The notes beneath the pieces are model-generated. The model saw only the letters and a program-made list of their open reading frames with translations, made no database searches and had not been told where the DNA came from. This document shows, piece after piece, positions 17,690-25,967 of a stretch of DNA of 64,000 nt (its first letter is position 1; each line of letters starts with the position of its first letter). The translations under genes and the position numbers were made by a program. The stretch comes from Candidatus Fervidifonticultor secundus (GTDB taxonomy: Bacteria > Sysuimicrobiota > Sysuimicrobiia > Sysuimicrobiales > Humicultoraceae): the NCBI GenBank assembly GCA_031459385.1, contig JAVKIP010000003.1, positions 1 to 64,000 on the forward strand, in the 5' to 3' direction.

Positions 17690-18975
17690 GCGTGACCCTC
17701 CCGCTTGCGATGCTTCTGATAGGGCACCTCGTAGCCGCCCGGGTACATCTCTTCGGGCCTAGTACGGCCCGGCCGCTCCGCAGCGTGGAACTGCCACTTC
17801 TCGTAGAAGAAGTGGATGAGCCGCTGCAGCGCCGACGGCTCCGTGACGTGACCCCAGCCGCTGGGGACAGCGCCCGCCTCGTCCCAGCGCGGCTCACGGT
17901 TCTGGAACTGCATCGAAATCCGACGCAACGGCCGGATGAACACGCCGGTGACCATGGCGGGCTTCGTGGAGAGGACCGCGCCCGGGGGGGTCTGATAGAA
18001 GGGCGAGAATCGGTCCGGGAACCCCGGCATCGTGCACCCGATGCAGACGCCCCCGACGCTCATGCAGCCGCCCATGTGGTTGATGGCACCGCGGCTGGTG
18101 ATGTTGCACTGGACCACCGGCCCCCAACACCCGATCTCGACCAGACACTCCTTGTCGCCGTAGCGCTGTGCGAACGACCCTTCCTCGTAGTATCCGGCGC
18201 GCACGCACTGCCGGTGGACGGTCTCGCGGAACAGCCACGCCGGCCGCCCCAGTTCGTCGAACTCGGGCAGAGGCCCCAGCCCCTGCAGGAAGAGCAGGAC
18301 CGCAGCCACGGTCTCCGTGAAGTTGTCCCCGACCGGCGAACAGCCGGGGATGTTGATGACCGGCAGGCCGAAGGCGCTGCGGAAGTCGCGGCCCAGGAAG
18401 TCCATCACGCCCATCGCGCCGGTCGGATTCCCCATCGCGGCCGGAATCCCGCCCCACGTCGCGCAGGTCCCGATGGCGATCACGGCTGCCGCCTTCGGCG
18501 CCAGGCGCTTCAGCCACTCCGAGGTGGGAATCGGCCGGCGTGTGCCGTCGGGCATCACCTCGACCCCGAGTGCGGCCCAGTAGCCGCCGGTCTCCGCGGC
18601 GACCGACTCGTCCGGCACCGACCCTTCGTAGATCACGACGAAGGGGGCGCCCAACTTGCCTTCCTCCGCCAGCCGGAAGTTCTGGACGAACTCCTCTCCG
18701 GCCTCGACCGAGAGCACCGGATGGTGCAGGATCAGCTTCGGCATCGCCGGGATGGTGCCGGTCAGCAGCCCTTCCACGCCGGGGCTGGTGGCTCCCGACA
18801 CCGCGATCGTGCAGCCGTCGCACGACATCCCTGCGAGCCAGAACGCGTGCACGACCCGCAACGGCCCCAGCGGCAACTCCTGGGGCTGCGGCTTCGGCTC
18901 GCGCTCCAGCACGATCCGGGCCGTGGATTCCAGCGTCTGCTCGGGGAGCATCGTGGGGGGGCTCGTGGTGCCCAT
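17686..18975 (-). CDS. [NiFe]-hydrogenase small subunit (HylS-like), no Tat signal
   Basis: WLAGMSCDGC, AIGTCATWGGIPA, NIPGCSP, VHRQCVR, CLVEIGCWGP, CMSVGGVCIGCTMPGFPD. Confidence 0.95.
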   Translation of the reverse strand: MGTTSPPTMLPEQTLESTARIVLEREPKPQPQELPLGPLRVVHAFWLAGMSCDGCTIAVSGATSPGVEGLLTGTIPAMPKLILHHPVLSVEAGEEFVQNFRLAEEGKLGAPFVVIYEGSVPDESVAAETGGYWAALGVEVMPDGTRRPIPTSEWLKRLAPKAAAVIAIGTCATWGGIPAAMGNPTGAMGVMDFLGRDFRSAFGLPVINIPGCSPVGDNFTETVAAVLLFLQGLGPLPEFDELGRPAWLFRETVHRQCVRAGYYEEGSFAQRYGDKECLVEIGCWGPVVQCNITSRGAINHMGGCMSVGGVCIGCTMPGFPDRFSPFYQTPPGAVLSTKPAMVTGVFIRPLRRISMQFQNREPRWDEAGAVPSGWGHVTEPSALQRLIHFFYEKWQFHAAERPGRTRPEEMYPGGYEVPYQKHRKREGHA

Positions 18976-19013
18976 GCGTCGTTGCCTCCCGGCGACGGGT
19001 GTCGCCCGTTCAA

Positions 19014-19817
19014 TTAGCCGGCCGCGCCACCCTCCAGCAGCGCCGCCAGGTGCGCAATCGCCTGCACCCCGTGGGCCTCGGGGGCCACGTCCAGCGGCGC
19101 CCGGCCCTGGCGGTCAGCCCCTACCAGGGCTGCGTCATAGGGAATCGTGCCCAGCAGCCGCAGCCCGTGCCTGCCGCAGAACGCGCGGACGGCTTCGGCG
19201 TCCTCTGCGCCCTGCACCTTGTTGGCCACGGCGAAGATCCGCGGCACCCCCAGCTCGGCCGCGAGGTCACAGATCTTGCGGCCGGTCTCCAGCGACTTGA
19301 AGTAGGGCTCGATGACCGCCACGATGGTGTCCACGTGGCGCGGGGTGCCGCGGCTCAGGTGCTCCAGCCCTGCCTCCATGTCGGCGACCGTTGTCGCGGT
19401 GGCGGCGCCGACCAGGGCGGCGATCAGGCTACGCACGGTAGCGTGGGTACGGCACATTCAGCCCGCCCCGGCATGGTCCACGCGGCCCATCAGCAGCAGC
19501 GTCACGTTGTCGGGCGCGCGGACACCGTACCGCCGGAAGATCTCCTCGGGAGGCGCAGCCAGCACCGCGCGCTGCACGCCTGTCTCGTCCGTCCGCTGTT
19601 CCAGGAGCGTGCGCGGCAGCGGTTGGAGCCTCTCGGCCTCGTCCGGCGGAATCCCCAGCGTGATCGCCAGGTTGGGGTTGGAATCGCCGTCTATGGCGAT
19701 GACGCGGTGGCCACGGCGCGCCAGCACCCGCGCCAGCGTGCCGGCGATGGTGGTCTTCCCCGACCCACCCTTGCCGCAGACCGCGATGCGCTGGGCGCCG
19801 TCTTGATCCGTCCCCAT
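19014..19817 (-). CDS. CooC/AcsF-like Ni-insertion ATPase with in-frame UGA at 19458-19460 (candidate selenoprotein, ~267 aa)
   Basis: GKGGSGKTT, AIDGDSNPNL, LLLMG...HAGAG-UGA-MC, DMEAGLEHLSRGT, VANKV; the two track ORFs (19458..19835 and 19014..19457) are in frame with zero gap. Confidence 0.85.
19425..19445 (-). promoter_or_regulatory. Candidate bacterial SECIS hairpin
   Basis: CA-C-GCTAC[CGTGC]GTAGC-C-TG; the apical loop begins 20 nt after the UGA and has G at loop position 2. Confidence 0.5.
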
Positions 19818-19982
19818 CGTCACGATGCCTCGCACTCCGTATGCATCGTACTGGCGGACAGATTCCTCGCGCTCTGTGCAGGCAGTTCCCGACCTTCGTG
19901 CAGAGTGGGTTCGCCCATGAACGCCCCGTGCCCTGCCGGCCGCCGGGCGTGGGAGCTCGAGCCGCCTTTTGGTCGCGGGAGG

Positions 19983-20000
19983 GTATTAGCTCGCTAATAC
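19983..20000. promoter_or_regulatory. Perfect 8-2-8 palindrome GTATTAGC-TC-GCTAATAC, probable operator
   Basis: AT-rich inverted repeat between the divergent hydrogenase operon and the XRE gene; a TATAAT -10 lies at 20038-20043. Confidence 0.75.
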
Positions 20001-20053
20001 GACGACCATCATCTTCGCGCCTGCCACCTCATCGGGCTATAATGGTCTGGCAC

Positions 20054-20374
20054 ATGGCGAATCTGCAGATCAGCGAGAGCATCCGGCGTGCGCGGCAGGC
20101 GCGCGGGCTGACCCAGGCCGAGCTGGCTCCCCTCATCGGGGTGACCCAGGGGGCGATCTCCTCCTGGGAGCAGGGGAATGAGTCCCCCTCGTTCGTGCAC
20201 ATGCTGAAGCTGCTGCTCCATCTCCCCGAACTGCGCCACACCCTCGCACGGGAACAGGTTGACCTGCTGGTGCGCGTCGAGCGCGCGCTCTTCGCAGACC
20301 GCTGCACGTGTGACGACTGTTCGTGTCACACCCTGGACTCGCCCGCGCCCACCTTGCCGCCGGGCCCGCGATAG
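20054..20374 (+). CDS. XRE-family HTH regulator with C-terminal CxCxxCxCH motif
   Basis: IRRARQARGLTQAELAPLIGVTQGAISSWEQG..SP; tail RCTCDDCSCH; TATAAT 10 nt upstream and no SD, so near-leaderless. Confidence 0.88.
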   Translation: MANLQISESIRRARQARGLTQAELAPLIGVTQGAISSWEQGNESPSFVHMLKLLLHLPELRHTLAREQVDLLVRVERALFADRCTCDDCSCHTLDSPAPTLPPGPR

Positions 20375-21234
20375 GGCAGGCCGTCTTCGTCTCCGACTGC
20401 CGCGGCCCGCGCCAGCGAAGGCGTCATCAGGATGTGCAACCCCTCCGCGATGAGGTGCAGTGCCAGGATGGTGACGGTCAACACCAGGCCCGGGAAGACG
20501 GCCAGCCACCACGCGTGCCGCATGTAGCCCTGGGCGCCCTGCAGCAGCCTCCCCCAGCTCGCCACGGCCGGATCTCCCAGGCCGAGAAAGCCCAGGCCGG
20601 CTTCCAGCAGGATCGCCCGGCCCACCTGCAGCGGCAGACCGATCAGGACGGCCGGGAACGCGCCGGGCAGCAGATGCCGCCAGAGCAGGTGGACCTCGCC
20701 TGCCCCCAATGCCCGGGCCGCCAAGGTGAACTCCCGCTGGCGCAGCGAGAGGATCTCGCTCCGCGCGACGCGCGCGATCATGGGCCAGCCCGTGACCGCA
20801 ATCACCGAGATCAGGGTCCACCGTGTGCTGCCGAAGAGCGTGACCAGGAGGAGCGCGATGAGCATGCGCGGGATGATCTGGAACAGTTCGGCCAGCCGCA
20901 TCAGGCCCTCGTCCCACCACCGGCCCAAGAGGCCCGCCGCGGCACCTGCGCCAAGGCCGATCGTCGCGGCCAGCAGCGCCGCCAGGACGCCGACCAGCAG
21001 GGACGTCCTGGCACCATGGGCAAGGTTGGCCCACAGGTCGCGGCCGAGTTCGTCGGTCCCGAGGGGATGCCCGCCAGACGGTGGTAAGAGCGGCGAGCCT
21101 CCGATGCGCATCGGATCCAGCGGGGCCACCGCCGAGGGGAAGCTGGCCAGCGCTGCGATGACGCCCAACATCGCGAGCCCAGCCACCAGATCGGGCGCCT
21201 GATGCACGACCCGCCTCAGGGGCCTCCGCGGCAT
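20326..21234 (-). CDS. Peptide/Ni ABC transporter permease (DppC-like)
   Basis: HPLGTDELGRD, GARTSL, FTLAARALGA, SWG, WWLAVFPG. Confidence 0.9.
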   Translation of the reverse strand: MPRRPLRRVVHQAPDLVAGLAMLGVIAALASFPSAVAPLDPMRIGGSPLLPPSGGHPLGTDELGRDLWANLAHGARTSLLVGVLAALLAATIGLGAGAAAGLLGRWWDEGLMRLAELFQIIPRMLIALLLVTLFGSTRWTLISVIAVTGWPMIARVARSEILSLRQREFTLAARALGAGEVHLLWRHLLPGAFPAVLIGLPLQVGRAILLEAGLGFLGLGDPAVASWGRLLQGAQGYMRHAWWLAVFPGLVLTVTILALHLIAEGLHILMTPSLARAAAVGDEDGLPYRGPGGKVGAGESRV

Positions 21235-21271
21235 GCAGGCCCCCACCACGGCGGGGGCCGGATTTCGGGGG

Positions 21272-22249
21272 CTACCCGTACGTGATCCTCGGATCGACCA
21301 CCGCATAGGCGACGTCCGTCAGCAGGTTGAGCACCACCGTCCCCGCCGCAGCGACCATGATCGTCCCCATGATCAGGGGATAGTCCCGCGTCAGCGTGGC
21401 ATCGAGTGCCAGCCGGCCCAGGCCGGGCCAGGCGAACACCGTCTCGGTCAGCACCGCTCCCGTGATCAGCATGCTGGCAGATCCTCCGATGACGGTGATA
21501 ACGGGCAGCAGCGCGTTTCGGACCGCGTGCCCCAGCACCCGGGCCCGAGGGAGGCCCTTCGCCCGAGCGGTCAGCACATACGGCTCCGACAAGGCCTCGA
21601 GGACCTTGAGACGCATCAGCCGCGACAGCGATGCCAGGGGCTGCAGGCCCAGGGCCAGGGCGGGCAGCATCAGGTGGTGGAGCACATCGACCCACCCCGC
21701 CGCCTGCGTGCGCGGGGAGGCCATCCCCTGTGCGGGGAACCATCCAAGCCACAGGGAGAAGCAGACCACCAGCAACAGGCCGCTCCAGAAGACGGGCACC
21801 GCGGCGCCCAAGGCCGTGAAGGCCAGCAGGGCGCGATCGAGCAGGCTGCGTGGGCGTGATGCCGCCCACACGCCCAAAAGGGCGCCGCCGACCGAAGCCA
21901 GGCCGAGGGCGCTCCCGACCAGCAGCAGCGTGGCCGGGAGACGTTCCACGATCAGCCCGAGCACGGGTTGGCGCTGGTGGATCGACCGGCCGAGGTCGCC
22001 CTGCGCGACCTGCCACAGGTGGCGCAGCAACTGCTCGAAGAGCGGCCTGTCCAAGCCGAGCTGCCGGCGGACCTGCGCGTAGTGCTCCGGCGTCCCCCCT
22101 TCCCCGGCCAGGAGATAGACGGGATCCCCCGGGGCCAGGTGCATCAGGAGGAAGGAGACCGCCGCCACGGCCAGCAGCATCGGCGCGGCGGACAGCGCCC
22201 GGCGCGCAGCATAGCGCGGCACCGACATGGTCTCCCGCAGGGGGGTCAC
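21272..22249 (-). CDS. Peptide/Ni ABC transporter permease (DppB-like)
   Basis: APGDP, LGLDRPL, GDLGRS, TARAKGL, ETVFAWPGLG, RDYP. Confidence 0.92.
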   Translation of the reverse strand: MTPLRETMSVPRYAARRALSAAPMLLAVAAVSFLLMHLAPGDPVYLLAGEGGTPEHYAQVRRQLGLDRPLFEQLLRHLWQVAQGDLGRSIHQRQPVLGLIVERLPATLLLVGSALGLASVGGALLGVWAASRPRSLLDRALLAFTALGAAVPVFWSGLLLVVCFSLWLGWFPAQGMASPRTQAAGWVDVLHHLMLPALALGLQPLASLSRLMRLKVLEALSEPYVLTARAKGLPRARVLGHAVRNALLPVITVIGGSASMLITGAVLTETVFAWPGLGRLALDATLTRDYPLIMGTIMVAAAGTVVLNLLTDVAYAVVDPRITYG

Positions 22250-22252
22250 GAC

Positions 22253-23893
22253 CTACCGCGGCGCAGCCCAGTACGCCCGCTCCGCGACGTTCCCCGTCCA
22301 GTACTGCACCGCCCGCAGGCCGCTGTGGAAGCCCACGTAGCGAAACGTCTCGACCAGCCAGAGGTACGGGAGGTCGCGGACCAGGATCTCCTGGATGGCG
22401 CGGTAGTGCCGCCCGCGCTCCTGAAGGTCAAGGGAGCCGGCTGCCAGGTCGAACAGCTGGTCGATCGCGGCATTGCGATACGACGCCCCGTTGCTGAACG
22501 GGATCGGCTGGATGTTGCTGCTGACGTACATGCGCTTGACGCCAATATCCGGGTCCGGCCCGTTGCAGTACGAGGCAAAGGCAAGATCGAAGTCCCGGCG
22601 TACGAAGACGCGCTGCGTCGCGGCAGTGAACTCCATCGGGACCACGTTGACGTCGATGCCGACGTCCCGCAGGTTGTCCCGGACGACCTCGGCGTAGCGG
22701 ATCTGTGTGGTGGCTGCAGGATACGTCAGCGCGAAGCGCACCCCGCCTGCCCCGCGCGCAAAGCCGGCGTCGTCCAGCAACGCATTGGCCCGCGCCACGT
22801 CGTAGCGGACCTGCGGCAGGCCGGGGTGCTGCGCCCACCGGATCCCCCGTGAGATGGGCGCCGTCGCCACGCGCCCCTGCCCGCCGAGCACGGCGAGGAC
22901 GATGAAGTCGCGGTTGATCGCATGGTACATCGCCTGCCGCACCTTCAGGTTGTCCAGTGGCGGGCGGGTCAGATTGGGGATGAGCGTGCCGATGCAGAAT
23001 GAGCCGCCGGGGCCGGCCAGGGTGGGCCGCATGGTCAGGTTGCGGTTGGTGCGGAGGCGCTCCACGTCGGGCGCGGGCACCGCGTCCAGGTAATCGACCT
23101 CTCCCCGCTCCAGCGCGATCACCGCCAGCGCGGGTTGGGGCAGCACCCTGAAGGTGAGCTGATCGACGACCGGCAGGCCGGGCTTGAAGTACCGCTCGTT
23201 CTTCACCAGGGTCACCTGGGCGCCGCGGGTCCACTCCTTGAACCTGAACGGGCCCGTGCCGACGGGAGCGGCGTTGGACGGATTCTGGAGGATGTCCGTC
23301 CCCTCGTACAGATGCCGCGGCAGGATGGGCGCTTCGGTGACGTCCGCGCGCTGCACGAGCGCGCCGAAGGGCCGGTGGAACCGGAAGACGACGGTGCCCG
23401 GATCAGGGGTCTCCACGGCGGCCAGGACGCCTTCCAGGCCGGCCCGCGTGCGGGCGTGGTATTTCAGCAGCACCTGCTCGTAGGTAAACTTCACGTCAGC
23501 CGACGTCAGCGGGCGTCCGTCGTGCCAGCGAACGCCGCGCACCAGCGTGAACGTGTAGGCGCGGCCATCAGGCGAGACCGTCCAGCGCTCCGCTAGGTCC
23601 GGCGTCGGATTCAACTGTTCGTCGAGCTGGACAAGCCCGTTGAAGATCGAATCGGCGACGGTGTGCGCTGCCGCGGCCGTCGTGATGCCCCCGTTCAGCG
23701 TCCCGGGGTCGGTGGCGGCGCGGACGACGAGCGTGCCGCCGTACCGGGCGGGCGGCGCGGTCCCCGCATGCGCCGCCAGGGCTGCGGCAGCCAGCAGTCC
23801 GATGAGCAGCGACACCGTTTTGGCCCCGCGCCGACGCCGGACACCGTGGGGCCCGCGCAACTGCATCGCCGGACGCGGCTGGCGATCTCTCAT
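22253..23893 (-). CDS. ABC transporter substrate-binding protein, family 5
   Basis: YGGTL, IFNGLV, WHDGRPLTSADVKFT, PVGTGPF, VRQAMYHAINR. Confidence 0.92.
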   Translation of the reverse strand: MRDRQPRPAMQLRGPHGVRRRRGAKTVSLLIGLLAAAALAAHAGTAPPARYGGTLVVRAATDPGTLNGGITTAAAAHTVADSIFNGLVQLDEQLNPTPDLAERWTVSPDGRAYTFTLVRGVRWHDGRPLTSADVKFTYEQVLLKYHARTRAGLEGVLAAVETPDPGTVVFRFHRPFGALVQRADVTEAPILPRHLYEGTDILQNPSNAAPVGTGPFRFKEWTRGAQVTLVKNERYFKPGLPVVDQLTFRVLPQPALAVIALERGEVDYLDAVPAPDVERLRTNRNLTMRPTLAGPGGSFCIGTLIPNLTRPPLDNLKVRQAMYHAINRDFIVLAVLGGQGRVATAPISRGIRWAQHPGLPQVRYDVARANALLDDAGFARGAGGVRFALTYPAATTQIRYAEVVRDNLRDVGIDVNVVPMEFTAATQRVFVRRDFDLAFASYCNGPDPDIGVKRMYVSSNIQPIPFSNGASYRNAAIDQLFDLAAGSLDLQERGRHYRAIQEILVRDLPYLWLVETFRYVGFHSGLRAVQYWTGNVAERAYWAAPR

Positions 23894-23913
23894 GCGTGCT
23901 CCCCCCAATTCGG

Positions 23914-23933
23914 GATATCAGCGCGCTAATATC
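23914..23933. promoter_or_regulatory. Palindrome GATATCAGC-GC-GCTAATATC, second copy of the 19983 operator motif
   Basis: 9-2-9 inverted repeat with one mismatch, ~20 nt upstream of the SBP start. Confidence 0.7.
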
Positions 23934-23990
23934 GCTCGGCCAAAAAAGCCGCACCTTGGATCGAAGCCGTCTGGATGCCAGGTACGGCCC

Positions 23991-25475
23991 TCAGCGCCTT
24001 GGCGCAGGGAGGGCCCCGAAGAGCTTCTCCAGCGCCAGGCCGATCGCCAGAAGTCTGCGATCGCTCCCGGCGGGCCCGTCGAGCTCCATGCCCACGGGAA
24101 GGCCCGACTGCGTCATCCCGATCGGAATGGAGAGCCCCGGAATGCCTGCGTTGCTGCCCGGATCCGTGTTACGGATGAACGTCACGAACGTGGGTACCTT
24201 CTTGTCGTTGAGCACGGTTTCGTTGTCGTCGCCGATCGGCGCGGCGGGAAGTGGCGTGGTGGGGAACACGATCGCTGCGACCCGCTGCGATGCGAAGTAG
24301 TTCGCGTAGGCCGCCTTGAGTTTGGGGCGGTAGACTTTGATGGCCTGCTCGTATACCTTCCGTGGTACGCTGGGTGGCTTGCCGGCTGCGAGCGCGTCGA
24401 ACAGACCTTTCACGTCTGGGCTGGCGACTTGCGCGGCGACGCCCCTGAAGTCGAGCGGGATGCCGTACCTCTTGAGGTACTTGGGGAGGTCCACCGTCAC
24501 CTCGTAGAGGGCGATGGGGAAGCTCACCTTGCGATTCAGATCGGCGAGGTCGGGGATATCGGCCTGGACGAGCACGATCCCGGCCTCTTTCATCTTCGCC
24601 AGCGCCGCTTCCATCAGCCGCTGCGTCGCGGCGTCGAGATTGTCGTAGAAGTACTTTCGCGGCACGCCGATGCGTAGCCCTTTCAGCGACGCGGGCCTGA
24701 CGCGCCCCTTCACTCCGCTGATCACGGCATCGAGGAGCACCACGTCCGCGACCGAGCGCGCCATAAGCCCGGCAGTGTCGCGCGTGTGCGCGATGGGCGT
24801 GATGCCCTCCTGGGGATAGCGACCGAGGGTCGGGCGAAGGCCAACGATGCCGTTCACCGCGGAAGGGATGCGCACGGACCCGCCAGTGTCGGTGCCGAGG
24901 CCCGCGGGCACCAGGCGCGCGGCGATCGCGGCTCCGGTGCCGCCGGAGGAGCCTCCGGCGATGCGCGTCGGCTCGTAGGGGTTGCCCACCGCGCCGAAAG
25001 CGGCGTTGTTGCTCGTGATGCCGAAGGCGAGTTCGTGCATGTTGGTCTTGCCGAGTACGATCGCGCCGGCATCGATCAGCTTCTTCACCACCGGGGCGTG
25101 GGCACGGGGCACGAACCTCCTGAGCGCGGGTGTCCCTGCGGTGTTTGGAAGCCCTGCGACGTGAATGTTGTCCTTCACGACGATCGGCACACCGTGCAGC
25201 GGCCCCTTCCACTTCTTCGCTTTGGCCAGGGCGTCGGCCTCGCGGGCCGCCTTGATTGCGCCTTTCTCGTCGAGCGTGATGAAGGCATTCAGATTCTTGG
25301 TGGCCTTGGCCCGTTCGATGAGCGCAGTGACAAGCGCTTCGCTCGAGAGTTCCCCCGAGCGGACCTTCGCGGCTATCTCGGTAGCGGTAAGCGACGTGGG
25401 CCCGTTCTGCGCCCGCGCGGCGCTCGGCGCAAAGATCATCAGCACAGCGAGGACGACAGCGGAAGATACTTTCAT
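23991..25475 (-). CDS. Amidase-signature enzyme (indoleacetamide hydrolase-like) with signal peptide
   Basis: GPLHGVPIVVKDNI, GKTNMHELAFGITS, GGSSGG, GTDTGGSVRIP; start MKVSSAVV follows GGGAGG. Confidence 0.92.
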   Translation of the reverse strand: MKVSSAVVLAVLMIFAPSAARAQNGPTSLTATEIAAKVRSGELSSEALVTALIERAKATKNLNAFITLDEKGAIKAAREADALAKAKKWKGPLHGVPIVVKDNIHVAGLPNTAGTPALRRFVPRAHAPVVKKLIDAGAIVLGKTNMHELAFGITSNNAAFGAVGNPYEPTRIAGGSSGGTGAAIAARLVPAGLGTDTGGSVRIPSAVNGIVGLRPTLGRYPQEGITPIAHTRDTAGLMARSVADVVLLDAVISGVKGRVRPASLKGLRIGVPRKYFYDNLDAATQRLMEAALAKMKEAGIVLVQADIPDLADLNRKVSFPIALYEVTVDLPKYLKRYGIPLDFRGVAAQVASPDVKGLFDALAAGKPPSVPRKVYEQAIKVYRPKLKAAYANYFASQRVAAIVFPTTPLPAAPIGDDNETVLNDKKVPTFVTFIRNTDPGSNAGIPGLSIPIGMTQSGLPVGMELDGPAGSDRRLLAIGLALEKLFGALPAPRR

Positions 25476-25636
25476 CGACAGCCTCCCGTGCCCGCCGAGA
25501 CGATAGCAATCGCATAACCTCCGTCGGACGATGGCCGAAGTTCCCTTCGGCGGAGCCCTGACGAAGACCTGCATCGACTCCAGGCCATGGTAGACAGCAC
25601 CCTGCGGGAGACCGTAGGCGAGGCTGATGAGTTGCA

Positions 25637-25672
25637 CAGACAGGACACGAGCCAAAACCCGCGTCCTGTCTG
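25637..25672 (-). terminator. Hairpin downstream of tRNA-fMet
   Basis: CAGACAGGAC...GTCCTGTCTG inverted repeat 10 nt past the CCA end; weak U-tract. Confidence 0.5.
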
Positions 25673-25681
25673 CCTCCTATA

Positions 25682-25758
<77 letters not shown>

Positions 25759-25769
25759 TCGCACATAGT

Positions 25770-25798
25770 ATCCTATCAATCCGCCGCGGCAGTGTCAA
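25770..25798 (-). promoter_or_regulatory. Sigma70-type promoter of tRNA-fMet
   Basis: TTGACA-17 nt-TAGGAT with TGn extension. Confidence 0.8.
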
Positions 25799-25967
25799 CG
25801 CCACCGACGCGGGGCGGCGGCCGGCAGCGGCGCGTTCCACCCTCCCGACAAGGGGTCGCATCCTGCGCCGCCCAACTTCTCCACGGGTCCACGGGTTCCA
25901 CGACCTGCATGCGCGCCACGCCGATCTGGACCCCGGGAGCGAAACGACGAGCCGTCGGAGGAGCGCA

